Positions 23,692-42,400 of a stretch of DNA of 64,000 nucleotides are shown piece by piece. This DNA comes from Eledone cirrhosa (Eukaryota). The DNA is taken from positions 207,452,001-207,516,000 of the forward strand of contig OZ024743.1 in NCBI GenBank assembly GCA_964016885.1, read 5' to 3'. The stretch's first letter is position 1; each line of letters starts with the position of its first letter. The notes below the pieces were generated by a model. It saw only the letters and a list, made by a program, of their open reading frames with translations, did no database searches and had not been told where the DNA came from. The position numbers were made by a program, and so were the translations under genes.

Positions 23692-24721
23692 TTAACCCTT
23701 TAGTTATCAACCCAGCCAAAACAGGCTCTGGTTTTATGAAATAAAACCACACCCATTTTACAGGTTTCCAATCTAAACTATAATAAAGGAAGGTCTGCGG
23801 GATTGTGTAGGGTGTATTTTTTTTTATCCCGTTTGTAAAATAAGTTGGATTACTTTGAATAAATAATTGTTTCTACTTTTGGCACAAGGCCAGCAATTAC
23901 CCAATGCATTACTGTACTTTATTCTATCGACCCTGGAAGGATGAAAGGCAAAGTTAATTTAGTAGATAAATTATGTAATATTCATTCATTACTTTGAATA
24001 AATAATTGTTTCTACGTTAGGCACAAGGCCAGCAATTACCCAGTGCATTACTGGTACTTTATTTTATTACTTTGAATAAATAATGAATGAATATTACATA
24101 ATTTATCTACTAAATTTCGTGGATGTTCATTAAATATATTTTGTTTATTTAAAGATTCAGTTCTTTAAAATTTCTGAAATGTCAACACTTCCGGTGGCGA
24201 TCGCTTAAATAAACATACTAATTTTCCGTCACTAATTTTCTCCTAATGCAGTTTATATATATCTTCTTTTTTAATGTATCATGGATTACGTTACTGATTA
24301 AATAAGACAGTGTAACGCAGTCTTCGTTCAATTTCTATGTATTATATATTGTCAATTAGGATTTTATTTGATGTATCATATCTACATGTATATATATTTG
24401 CGTATAATATCAATATACACACTACACATGCTAGCAGAAAACCACCTGAAGGGTGGGTTTTCTGCTAGTTTATACATAATTTTATGTAAGAACCTTACAT
24501 TAAGTTACTATCTTACTAATGAAATGGTTAATAATTTTAGTAAATCAAAATAATTAATTAATTAATTGAAATAATGTTTCATTACTAAGATAGTAACTTA
24601 ATGTAAGGTTCTTATATAAATTTATGTTGGAAAAATTTAATTTAAATTGGAAAACCTTTAAAATAGGTGACTTTATTTTATAGTACCAGAGCCAGTTTCA
24701 GCTGGGTTGGTAACTAAAGGG
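23692..24721. mobile_element. piggyBac-like MITE, fold-back derivative, carrying a nested insertion
   Basis: TTAACCCTTTAGTTATCAACCCAGCC at the left and GGGTTGGTAACTAAAGGG at the right; inner inverted arms at 24474-24523 and 24577-24627. Confidence 0.7.
23772..24468 (+). mobile_element. Non-autonomous Helitron-like element
   Basis: A|TC start; 3' hairpin CCACC-TGAAG-GGTGG followed by CTAG|T; shares AAATGTCAACACTTCCGGT with the element at 63268. Confidence 0.65.
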
Positions 24722-25309
24722 TGGATACTAGTTAGATGGAACAAATTGCTAATTAAATAAGACTTCCAAATGTCTACAAGTGGCCTAGTGGTTAGTGTGC
24801 TGGACTTGGGTTCATGATATCATTGATTCAATTCTTGGATTCGGTGACATATTGTGTGTTTGAGCAAAACATTCATTGCTCCAGTCCACTCAACTTAAAA
24901 TGAGTACCAGTAATATTTGTGTGTGTGTGTGTGAGAGGGGTTAAACCCTATGATACACTAGCAGTTGCTTAAGCTAATGAAACCAGGGTAAGCACCAGCC
25001 TTATGAGCCTCTAGGAATAGAACAGACTTAAACTTTTTAACTAGTTTAATATAACAGCCTGTGTTTTTAAATAGGAACAGTTAATATAAAGTATTACCTT
25101 TGACAACAGGATTTAGATAAATGTTATATAATTGTTTCTACTTTTGGCACAAGGCCAGCAATTATCCCAGTGTATTACTGGTACTTTGCCTTTCATCCTT
25201 ACGGGGTTGATAAAATAAAGTTAACCTCGGCGGGATTTGAACACAGATCATAAAGGGGTGTAACTCTATGCTACAAAGCATGGCGTCCGACTATACAACT
25301 ATGACAGAG

Positions 25310-25480
25310 ATATGTTCTATTGTATAGCTGCTCAGAATTGACCCTTGCATCAAAACTGGAAAGAAGATTAGATGGAGCCTACACTTGCATGTTAAGAATG
25401 GCTTTGAATGTCACTTGGAGAGATTGTCTGACTAATGAGACTATGGGAACCTTCGTCCAGTATCAGGCATCATCAAAGAG
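25310..25480 (+). mobile_element. RTE/RTE-X LINE fragment
   Basis: LERRLDGAYTCMLRMALNVTWRD..TNE, a post-RT motif of RTE-group LINEs. Confidence 0.65.
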
Positions 25481-26387
25481 CATAGTCATTATTTTACATC
25501 TATTGGTCTACACTTGCATAGGTTGGACAAGTCCTTCTCAGTACAGCATCTCTCTACTTGTAGCATTCCTTTGTCATCTCCTCCGTGAGTTTTAGTTATT
25601 TGAGATCAACTCTCACCATTTCCACCCATCCAGGTCTTCCTTGGTCTTCCTCTACTGCAGCCTCCCTCCATTGGGATTATTTGGCACTTTTTCATCCAAC
25701 AGTCATCACCCATGCACATCACATGTCCATACCAATGCAGTCTCCTCTCCTGCACACTAATTCTGTTAAAGTTATTCCCAAAGATTGCATGCATCAGCTC
25801 ATTTTTTGCAAATGTGATAACATTGGAACTAAAAGAGAGAAAGTAAAAGATATGATTCAAATGAGACTCACAGACATCATGCAGCCATTTGAACATTATG
25901 TAAAAAAAACATATCAGTTAGCTGATCTGAAGCTAAATGATTGCATTTGAGATAATTGAAAAAAAGAATAAAGTTAAAATGATCTTGATGATATCTCTGC
26001 TAGAAATCCTTATAAATCTGGTTATAGATGTTGCTTTTGTGAATATATATATGTACACCATCAAAATGTCTTGCATTTATGTATACGTAGGTGATCTCTT
26101 AAACTCTTACAAAGTGCTGAGAAGATAAAATTAATATAAAGAATAATGTACTCATACACAGAGATGCTATAAAATAGCTATTCCTAGCAATTCTTTCAGA
26201 ATGAAAATATAAAGACATGATAAATACAATTAACTTTTGCTAGGAACCTTACAATTACAACACAGCAAAATATACGATCAAAGCGAGAGAAGGAAAAAAA
26301 GGGGGCAAAAATAAAAAAGAACATCAATCCATCACCATGAGCAACAATTGGCTGCACATCATGCCACAAGGGTCAACGTAATATTTT

Positions 26388-26608
26388 GAAGCAAGCCATT
26401 ACACTGGCAACATTACCACGGGTAATGGTGAGGCTGAAACAACCAAGCACCCTCATGGGCATCACCTGGCACCTCAGCCGCCAATGATAAGAACTTAGCT
26501 GTCAGCAGCCAGCCCCACCAGATGTCTCGAACACCATGGGCTGGAAAAAATAGTTGTTTGATAGTTCCTGCTATTTTCGGATTTTATTCCATTCAGCAAT
26601 GGAAGCAA
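26388..26608 (-). mobile_element. CRE-clade LINE C-terminal remnant
   Basis: The minus strand reads AE..KIRK*QELSNNYFFQPMVFETSGGAG...WLFQ...ITRGNVASV across frameshifts, matching the CRE endonuclease pattern AE..K..KY...F.P...ET.G...QRGNA. Confidence 0.65.
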
Positions 26609-27361
26609 TGATCAATGTGAAATTCAATAATCTAAATTGACACAAGCAGTCATGTATATATCATGATCACACGTCCTTTTTTCCATGCAGAGGTTAGATT
26701 AGTTGTCCTGTTCTGAGACAAGTTCTAGCAAGTGACTGTGTCTTGCTCATACAAATCTGTTTCTGGTTTGGTTTATACAATTGGATGTCCTTCCTAACAC
26801 TAACCATATTTACAGCGTCAACTGGGTACTTTTTATCATGGCATCAAAACAACTGACAGGTTAGACTGAGTACTTTTAAATTGTGTCAGCAGCACGACCA
26901 CCTTATAGGGTGGACCGGGTACCTTTAGTCCTGGACTAACATGACCATCATTATAGGGTAGGCTGGATGCTTTTTATTGGGTCCCCAACATGACTACTTT
27001 ACAGGGTGGACTGGGTACTTTCTGTTGTGTCACCAACTCAACCACGTTACTGGGCAGACTGAGTGCTTGTCATGTCAGCAACCCAAGCACTTTACAGGTT
27101 GGACTGGATGCTTTTTGTCATGTTACCAACATGACCACCTTACAGGGCAAATTAGGTGCTTTTTGTTGTCACCACCACTACCATTACAGGGTTGGCTGGG
27201 TGCTTTTTGTCATGTATCACACCTCAATAAACCAAAATTAAGAAAATATAGTTTCAAACCTGATGGATCCCTCATTGAAACCTACAAATTTTAAGGAAAA
27301 TTTGCTGCACTAATGGAATCATCATCATTTAATGTTTTTTTTCCTACTAGCTTAGTGAAGG

Positions 27362-27615
27362 TGCCTGGCTAGTGGATAGGGTGTTGGACTTAGGATCATA
27401 ATGTTGTTGGTTTGATTCCTGGACTGGGTTGTGTGTTGAGCAAAACACTTCACGTTGCTTCAGTATACTCAGCTGAAAATGAGTACTAGCAATATCTGGG
27501 GATTTAACTCTGAGATGGACTGGTGTCATGTCTAGGGGGAAGTCTTGTATTCTCAGTTGCTTAATGTCACAGAAACTTGGATAAGCACTGGCTGGATGAG
27601 CCACTAGGCTCATGA
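27362..27615 (+). mobile_element. SINE family 2 copy
   Basis: tRNA-like head and the same body as 9995-10220. Others at ~16725-16900 (-), 24780-25035 (+), 51000-51190 (+) and 51308-51530 (-). Confidence 0.8.
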
Positions 27616-29108
27616 CAATTTTTTTTTTTTTTCACCCTGCTAGCAAGGTTTGGATTGATAAGAGAAAAGAGGTAGTGAATGTTGTTCTTGCTGAATCTAA
27701 AAAAACAGAAACAATCATAGCTTGCATGGTATCGAGGTGATTACTGTTAATAGTTCAACATTAATTCACAAATCTGAAGCTCCAAGACAATATGGGAGAA
27801 GATTAAAAGGTTTTAAGGTTAAAATTCTTCTCAAGCCATTTTATTTTGAAACAAGATCATTGCAATTAAACCATTATTAGCCATAACGTAGAAGCAGAGG
27901 AAATGAATTAATGACCTATTAGAAGTTAGTTTTAGGGTGTCAACCAAGAACTTCTCTATTCTTTCCTCTGTCACTGTCTTGCTCTAGTTCCCTTTCATCA
28001 CTTTCTCTGGTGTTCCCTTTCATCACTTGCTCCTCTATCACCCTCTCTGTCCTATTGCTTTTATCCAATCTCTCTACCAACAACCATAATCCCTCCCTCA
28101 AAATCTCTCTTCCATTTCTTTCTATTCTCTCAATCTCTTGCTCCTATCATTCCAGTTATTTTCATTTATTATGGCAGAAAATGGAGATTAAAGGTGATGA
28201 CATAATAACACATACACACACCTAATATAGATACACACACACATGTATATAGACACAAACACATAACATGACAACCTGTCTAACCCCTGCAAGTGTGGAA
28301 AATGAGCGTAAAATGATGATGATAATGATGATGATTTTTGAAATTTTATCCAGAAGGTTCCTGAATTTGGGTGGGTTCAGTTTTATGGAACACATTCTAA
28401 TTTTTTTTGAGGCCTGTCTTAGTAAATTATTAAATTTACACACTAAATAACCCCCCCCCCCCCCCTCAACACACACATACTCCTTTGCTATAATTATGAC
28501 AGCTTTTATATAAATATAGAATTTAGTTTCATAATTCATTTCCTCTGTTTCAGTGTCTGTGTGTCATCCTCTCCTTTACTCTCTGGAATTGAATTTGAAA
28601 CTAGATCAATGATTTAGTTATGGGCCACCATTAAATATAGATGTATTGAAAGTATATATATATGTATATGTATCTCACCTTCTTTCGCCCCCTCTGTCAG
28701 TTACACTTTCTCTCGACTGACCTCTTCCTCACACTTCCACTCACTCTCTGTTTCTCCCCTTCTCACTTCCTCCCGTTTGGCTTGTGTGGGTCTCTTCTTG
28801 CTCACACACATCAACAGTCTGTACCTCTCTCGCTCATGAAATCCACCCAGCTTATGCTGACCGGACAACCATGTTGCTTGTTTATTTCCTTTCTTTGGTT
28901 TGCTTTTATCCTTCTATGTTGTTTACTTGACCCCCTCGCCCTACGTGAATTCTGGTCCCAATAACTTCTTTTAGTTATTGCTTGCACCAACCTGAGGTAT
29001 CTGATTTTTAATGCGATGAAATACCAATGATGGTTGGAAAATCACTGACGAAGGACTATTTTTATCATATGTAACCCATATGCAAGCCACGCAGTATTCT
29101 TCTTTCTT

Positions 29109-31847
<2,739 letters not shown>

Positions 31848-33167
31848 ATCATCATCATTTTACGTCCGCTTTTCCCTGCTTGCAAGGGTGGGACGGGTCT
31901 TATTCAGCACAGCATCTCTCTACTCGTCACGGTCCCTCGTCATCTCCACCGTGAGCTTCAATGATCTGAGGTCTGTTCTCACCACCTCCGCCCATGTTTT
32001 TCGTGGTCTACCTCTACCACGTCTTCCTTCAACTGGCATTTCCTGGCACTTCTTCACCCATCGGTCATCCTCCATGCGCATCGCATGTCTACACCACCTC
32101 AGTCTCCTCTCCCGTACACTACATTCTATACCTCTCAGACACAGTTTCTCTCTCAACACATTTATGCTGGGTCGTTCACGCACATTTACACTGCACATCC
32201 AATGGAGCATGCTTGCCTCATTTCTCTCCAGCCGTCGCATATCTTCTGCGGTTGCTGCCCATGTCTCACTACCATGCAGCATCACGCTCCTCACACAGGC
32301 ATCATACAACCGGCCTTTCATACGCAGGGAGAAACCCTTCTTCGTCAACAGAGGAAGCAGCTCCCTAAACTTCTTCCAACCCGTCCATATTCTAGATACT
32401 ATGGCCTCGGAACACCCTCCTCCCATGCTAATCTGATCTCCTAGGTACCGGAAGCTATCCACCACTTCTATAGCGCCCTCTCGCATTTGAAAAATGTGTC
32501 TATCAGTGCGACTTCTACTGTCTAATTTCCCTGTACATCTACTGCATACATATTTCTACCTACCTGTTAGTTTGCCTGCTATCCCGCTACATCTCTTGTG
32601 TACCCAGGACCTACATTGTGTGCATTTTATAGAATTTATGCCAGTTCCTTTTCTGCATATCGAACATGGCCATTTCCCTGACGGAATCAGGGTTTTGTCC
32701 TCTTTTCTACTCGTCAACACTTTTGTCTTAGCTAGATTTACTCTCAGTCCTCTTGCTTCCAACTGCTGTTTCCATAGCCGGAATTTATTCTCTAGCTCCT
32801 CTACTGATTCTGCCATAAGAGCCAGATCGTCAGCATAGAGAAGTTCCCATGGACAGCCAGTCTTAAACTCCTCTGTTATGGCTTGGAGGACTATAATGAA
32901 CAAGAGCGGGCTGAGGACAGAACCCTGATGTACTCCTACTTGTATCTGGAATTCCTCACTAAACTCCATTCCTACCCTGACTTTACTGAGAGTACCTCTG
33001 TACAAAGTTTGCACTGTCCTTACAAGCCATTCCTCAACACCCAGCTTCCTTAGGGACCACCAGATGACAGATCGGGGTACCCTATCAAAGGCCTTCTCTA
33101 GGTCAACAAAGGCTAAGTATAGTGGCTTATTCTTCTCTAAGAACCTCTCTTGCATTTGTCTCACCAA
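31848..33167 (-). mobile_element. 5'-truncated RTE LINE (RT with PHD-type insertion)
   Basis: [45 protein letters not shown]; premature stop at ~32556; (GAT)n tail. Confidence 0.95.
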
Positions 33168-36551
<3,384 letters not shown>

Positions 36552-38383
36552 TTATATTTGGGGAGGGTCATATTTGCGTAATATTGCCAGAATTAATAAC
36601 AGAACACACTCACTGTTTGGTTGGTTTTCGCTTCTCGCTGTCTTTTATATACATATATCTGCGATCTAACTTACTCGGTCCTCAATGTTGCCATTGACTG
36701 ACCGGCGGTCAAAAATAATACAGATACAATATAGACAAACACATATATATATAGTTTACATAAATCTTTCGTTGCACATCTGCAACATCGTCAGTGGTGT
36801 TATATTCATTGTTCCTCCTGTTGTGTTGTATGTCTACGCCATTTTTTTTGTTCAGTCTGTCTATATATTTATTTATTTATTTGCTTGTTTGTTTATCTTA
36901 TTTTATTTTGTCTTCTTTGCGCATGCGTTTGCGTGTGTGTATAGTGTTATGTGTGATGTGTGACTAGTGTGTATAGTGTTGTGTCTGCTGGGTGACTAGT
37001 GTGTGTTTATGTGCTTGTGTATGTATTTATTTATCTTATTTTATTTAATTTAATTTACTTATTTATTTATACTTCTCTTAGGTCAGTGTTGTTTGTTTGG
37101 GTGGTGTTGTTGTTGTTCCACTCATTCTTTCTGTTTAGCTTTGGTCTTCTAATTTCTATTTCACTGGCCTCTCTGATTTGCCTATCTGCTGGGTCATTCC
37201 TATGTTTAGATATTATTCTAATTTCTATGTTGTCTATGTTACCGTCATGATGTTGTCTAGCATGTTCGTATAGTACTGACCCGTTTTTTCGTCCTTTTAG
37301 TTCCCCCCAGTGTTGGTCTATCCTTTCACCTATGCTACGAGCTGTCTCACCTATGTATGTTGTTGTCGTGTTTCTGCAAGTACCCTCTGTACATCTTATG
37401 CTATAGACTACGTTTCTAGTTTTACAGTTTATCCGGGGGTTCACCTTACATATGATACATTTCCTATTGGTACAGTGGGTTTTCTTAAAAGGGTAGGTTT
37501 TGCTGATCAGGGATTTTATGGTGGTTCCTGGCTTTTCTACCACCTTTATTTTTAAGTGGGTCTTTCTCAGGGCCTTTCTACACTGGTTAGCTAATTTCCC
37601 TCCAGGGGTGGCGTCCACAAACATGACACTCTGATATCTCTGGTTGTCGTACCATGATGTGGCCTTCCCTATCTTATGTCTAGCCCTATCTAAGCTATTC
37701 CATGATTTGCTCCTGTATAGTGGGCAAATTCCTTTCATGTCCAGTTCTATGAGGGTCTTATACTTTTCCATGGCTCCTTCGTATACTCTGACTCTGTCTC
37801 TTTGGTTGTAGCCAGAGAACTGCATGCGGTTGATGAAGTGTTGGATGTGTCCTTCCATTTCTGTTGGGTCGCACATGCTGGACACATTCTTCATCACTCG
37901 TACCAAATCTGCGATCAGAATATTAAACTTAGCACTACTGGACATTGCTGAGTTTTTGAGTATCAGGTATTTGGAGGCCATGGGTTTAGCATAGTGTGAG
38001 TGGAGAATTTGGGCTCTCTCGTCTATAGTGTTGATCCAGAGTTCTGTGTCTAATACAGGTAGTCTATTGTTAGGGTGTTTGGAAGGGAAGTCTATAGTTA
38101 CAGTTATACTCTGGTGTATGGAATTAGCTATCTGCTGGATGCTTTCCATCGTGCTACGTTCTAAATCAAACTTGTTAGTGCTCTCTAGTGGGGGTGTTCT
38201 TATAACTATATTGATATCGTCTACATAACGAGAGTACATGATGAGGTCTATGGAGCTTTCATTAAGGAGATCTTTAAGTCTCCTTTCCCACCATACCATG
38301 AAAAGGTTGGCAACATCGCCAGCTATGCTGACGCCGATGGCTGCTCCCTCATTTTGGGTGTAGATTTTCTCATTGAACTTAAA
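36552..38383 (-). mobile_element. 5'-truncated Penelope-like retroelement (RT C-terminal half + GIY-YIG + 3' region)
   Basis: Open frame 38383->37067: [23 protein letters not shown], Cys-rich linker, NVVYSIRC...[16 protein letters not shown]...REASEI...LNRKNEW. A hammerhead core lies downstream on the same strand. Confidence 0.93.
36740..36801 (-). ncRNA. Hammerhead ribozyme motif, stem I disrupted
   Basis: Minus strand AACACCA-CTGACGA-TGTTGCA-GATG-TGCAAC-GAAA-GATTTATGTAAA-CTA-(TA)4-TGTGTT. Confidence 0.55.
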
Positions 38384-38395
38384 TATATATATATG

Positions 38396-38426
<31 letters not shown>

Positions 38427-38471
38427 GTATATATATGTATATATATATATATGTATATATGTATATATATG

Positions 38472-38502
<31 letters not shown>

Positions 38503-38589
38503 GTATATATATGTATATATGTATGTATATATGTATATATGTATATATGTATATATGTATATATGTATATATATATATATGTATATATG

Positions 38590-38620
<31 letters not shown>

Positions 38621-38651
38621 GTATATATGTATATATATATATGTATATATG

Positions 38652-38682
<31 letters not shown>

Positions 38683-38805
38683 GTATATATGTATATATAT
38701 ATATGTATATATGTATATATATATATATGTATATATGTATATATGTATATATATGTATATATGTATATATGTATATATATGTATATATGTATATATGTAT
38801 ATATG

Positions 38806-38852
<47 letters not shown>

Positions 38853-38855
38853 GTA

Positions 38856-38898
<43 letters not shown>

Positions 38899-39011
38899 AT
38901 ATATATATATGTATATATGTATATATGTATATATATGTATATATATATATGTGTATGTATATATATGTGTATATGTATATATATATGTGTATATATATGT
39001 ATATATATGTG

Positions 39012-39042
<31 letters not shown>

Positions 39043-39278
39043 GTATATATGTATATGTATGTATATGTATGTATGTATATGTATGTATATGTATGTATGT
39101 ATATGTATGTATGTATATGTATGTATGTATATGTATGTATGTATGTGTATGTATGTATGTATATGTATGTATGTATATGTATGTATGTATGTATATGTAT
39201 GTATATGTATGTATGTATATGTATGTATGTATATGTATGTATGTATATGTATGTATATATGTATATATATATACATAT
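38384..39278. repeat. (TA)n/(TATG)n compound microsatellite
   Basis: Directly visible, ~0.9 kb. Confidence 0.97.
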
Positions 39279-39689
39279 ATTGTATAATGCAAAAACTTGA
39301 AACACAAATGGTAATATAATGCGAGAACTACAGTACGATATAGAATATAATATAATATAATAGATGGTGATAATAAAAAGCTTAATATATGTATATATAT
39401 CTATATATATATATATATATCTATACATATACACATTAGTACAAACACAAAGTAACACTTAAGTATTTAAATATATATATATATATATATTGTTTAAAGA
39501 GGTATTTTTAATAAAAATGTAATTAAACTATCATTCTCTACCACCCCTAATATTAGTTCTCATTTAGCTAGCACTAACAATAGGAAAATTAGGGACAGCT
39601 ACTCCTCTTTGCGTACTACTAGTCTTGATAGATCCATTAATGCCTTACCACCTGAGCAGACCTTATCTTATAATAACCCTAGGAGTGAT

Positions 39690-40163
39690 GCCGGTCAATA
39701 GCACCCGGAAGTGTAACTGTAGAGTAAGTATTAACTACCCTTTAAATGGTCACTGCCTCTCTAGGAACATTGTTTATGCTTGTGAAGTTAAGACTAATTC
39801 TTCTATTAGCACATATATAGGCTCCACATCTAATACTTTTAAAACTAGGTTTAATTCTCATATCTCTAATTTTAAGCATGTTAAGTTTAAGAACTCTACT
39901 TCTTTAGCACACCATATCTGGGATCTTAAAGGGCTGGTATGCCATATAGCCTTAATTGGCGTATAGTAGCACGCTCTAATAACCTATCAACACACACTAA
40001 ATTCTGTAATCTCTGTATCCTAGAGACCCACTCTATAATTTTCTCTAGGGAAGTTTTGCTTAATAGAAAGTCTAAGATATTTTCTTCCTGCCCCCATGCC
40101 ATTTCTAATTCTTTCTTCTATTATAGACCTAAAAGTTCTGGTAGTTTAAATCGTATCCATTAG
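39690..40163 (+). mobile_element. GIY-YIG endonuclease remnant of a second Penelope-like lineage
   Basis: KCNCR..PLNGHCLSRNIVYAC...YIGSTSNTFKTRFNSH...TSLAHHIWDLK, a frameshift, then WRIV...CNLCILE...LLNRKSKIFSSCPH. Confidence 0.85.
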
Positions 40164-40570
40164 CTGCTATATTTCCTTATCTTTTTTTGTTTAGGTTCAT
40201 TTTGATTACCATCATCATTATTATTATTAGTTTTTTACAGCTTTTCGATTTTAGTTTCCATAGTCTATTGGCTACCATACCCTATCTATCTTCTTAAGCA
40301 TTATTATAGTTTCACTACTAACACCTTATGAGTTTATATCTTATTAAATACTTTGTTTGGAGTCTCATTCAACTAATGAACCTCCCCCTCTACACACTTA
40401 ATATCCGCCCCTTCTATTATACTATATATAAATTTCACCTTTATGCTCTTCTTTGGTTTATTTTTTTATAATTCTTCGGCTCTGTTTAATTACATTGAGC
40501 TATATCTTATACTGTCATTTCTATAATATGAAGAGGGTGTTTAACTCCAACACACTCTAGTATTTTAATT

Positions 40571-40612
<42 letters not shown>

Positions 40613-40880
40613 CGTGTGTAAAATCATCATTACAGTTTAATATACATTTTTCCATGCTAGCATGGGTTAGATGAGTTGTCCCACAGTGAGGCAAGCCAGA
40701 TCAGATGTCCATGTCTTGCTCACGCACAACTGTTTCTGGCTTGGTATTTATAGCTGGATACCCTTCCTAACACCAACCACATTTACAGCATGGACTGGGT
40801 GCTTTTATCATTTCACCTTCATGACCACTTAAGTGTCCACTGGGTGCTAGGGGAGATACATGGGTATTGGTGAAGTGTAT

Positions 40881-40922
<42 letters not shown>

Positions 40923-41453
40923 TTAAAAGAGTCGAAGCCAGTGTTGCAGCATATGTACAAACTTTAAACTCTGGAACTAGCTGTTGAAACAGCAAAAGCT
41001 CAGCTGTTGGGCCCTGATTCTTTATAATATAACCATACTCTATCACAAGTATCGTGTACTCTGTTGAGTAATGGTCTAACTAATTTTAAACTGGTTGTAT
41101 CCTGATACACACACACACACACACACACACTCATGCTTATATTGTACATAAACATGCATTTATGGGCACGCACGCACGCACACACACACACACGTACGCG
41201 CACGCGCACACGCACACGCACGCACACGCACACACACTGTTACCATCTGTAGAAAATTCCAGTCACAGTTTTCTGTGACTGGAATTTTCTATAGCTGTTA
41301 ACTAGGGAGGAAATTGGTATTAACTATCTGGTTATAGTTTGTCACATTAGCCATTTTCCTTCTTAAATATCTCGTTATTGAAGTATATTTATTTCCTCGC
41401 CAACAATTCTCTATCTTCTAATACTTATCTCTTGTTATATATATATATGTATG

Positions 41454-41503
<50 letters not shown>

Positions 41504-42400
41504 AATGAATATATGAGAGGGATGAACACCGATACATGTGTTCGAATTGCAAATGACAAGTTAGCTAGGTTGAATAAATACTAATTTAAAACAATATGGT
41601 TTGCCTGTCTCGATTTAAAGTAATAAATCAATAAAAATAACAAACCTATATCGGGCAACTGCCTATGATACCCAGACAGATCTAAAATCTGTTACGCAAG
41701 AATTAAGTGCTCTTCTGTGGGTATCCAGGAAATTCGTACATTTCACTTCAAAAGATCTAAGAAGACTGAACTATGTGTTGATATAAAAGCACATGTTGCA
41801 GCGCCTAGCGTGTCTCATACTCATGCCGCTAAAAATAACAGCCGGTTTTATGAGACTAAAATTAGCTCTTCGTATGGAGCCAAGAATATCATAGATATAT
41901 TAACTTTATTAGTTTTATTATATAGAAATTACATATTTTATATATTTTCACCAAGAGAGCCACTTTCTAACGTAGTCACAAGACCCTTTCGATGGAATTT
42001 AGACATCATCAGCTAGGTAAATACGTGTGTATGTCTATATGTGCTGTGTGTGTGTGTATGCAGGTATGGGTGGTATTTCATGTGTGGCTCTGTATGTGTT
42101 GAGTTATATGTATACATGTGCATATGTTTCTCTATCGATACATGTGTATATGCAGTTATTATTTGCTGAATTTCTAAAACTCATCTCTTGTCATATATAT
42201 AATTAGCTTAGATATATAAAAACTAAGTAATATGACAGCTGTAGCTTGATAACATCTATCTTCCCCATTTGGTGGCTGGTGTAGTCCATGTCTGGTTTGC
42301 TAAGTTTCGGAAGGTAGGTGGGTTGTTTGCCAAATCTGGAAGGTGGGTCATGGGTTGGTTTAGCAGTAGCCATGAGTGCAGGTTGACATTTGGTTTAGGG

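Noticed and set aside
25760-26130. LIFCKC-containing ORF remnant, possibly a DNA transposase tail
   Set aside because: Too short and degenerate to assign.
40925-41025. Parvovirus-like flip/flop terminal hairpin
   Set aside because: The AGG/GAG bubble swaps arms between two copies, but the third copy does not fit and there is no Rep or capsid sequence.
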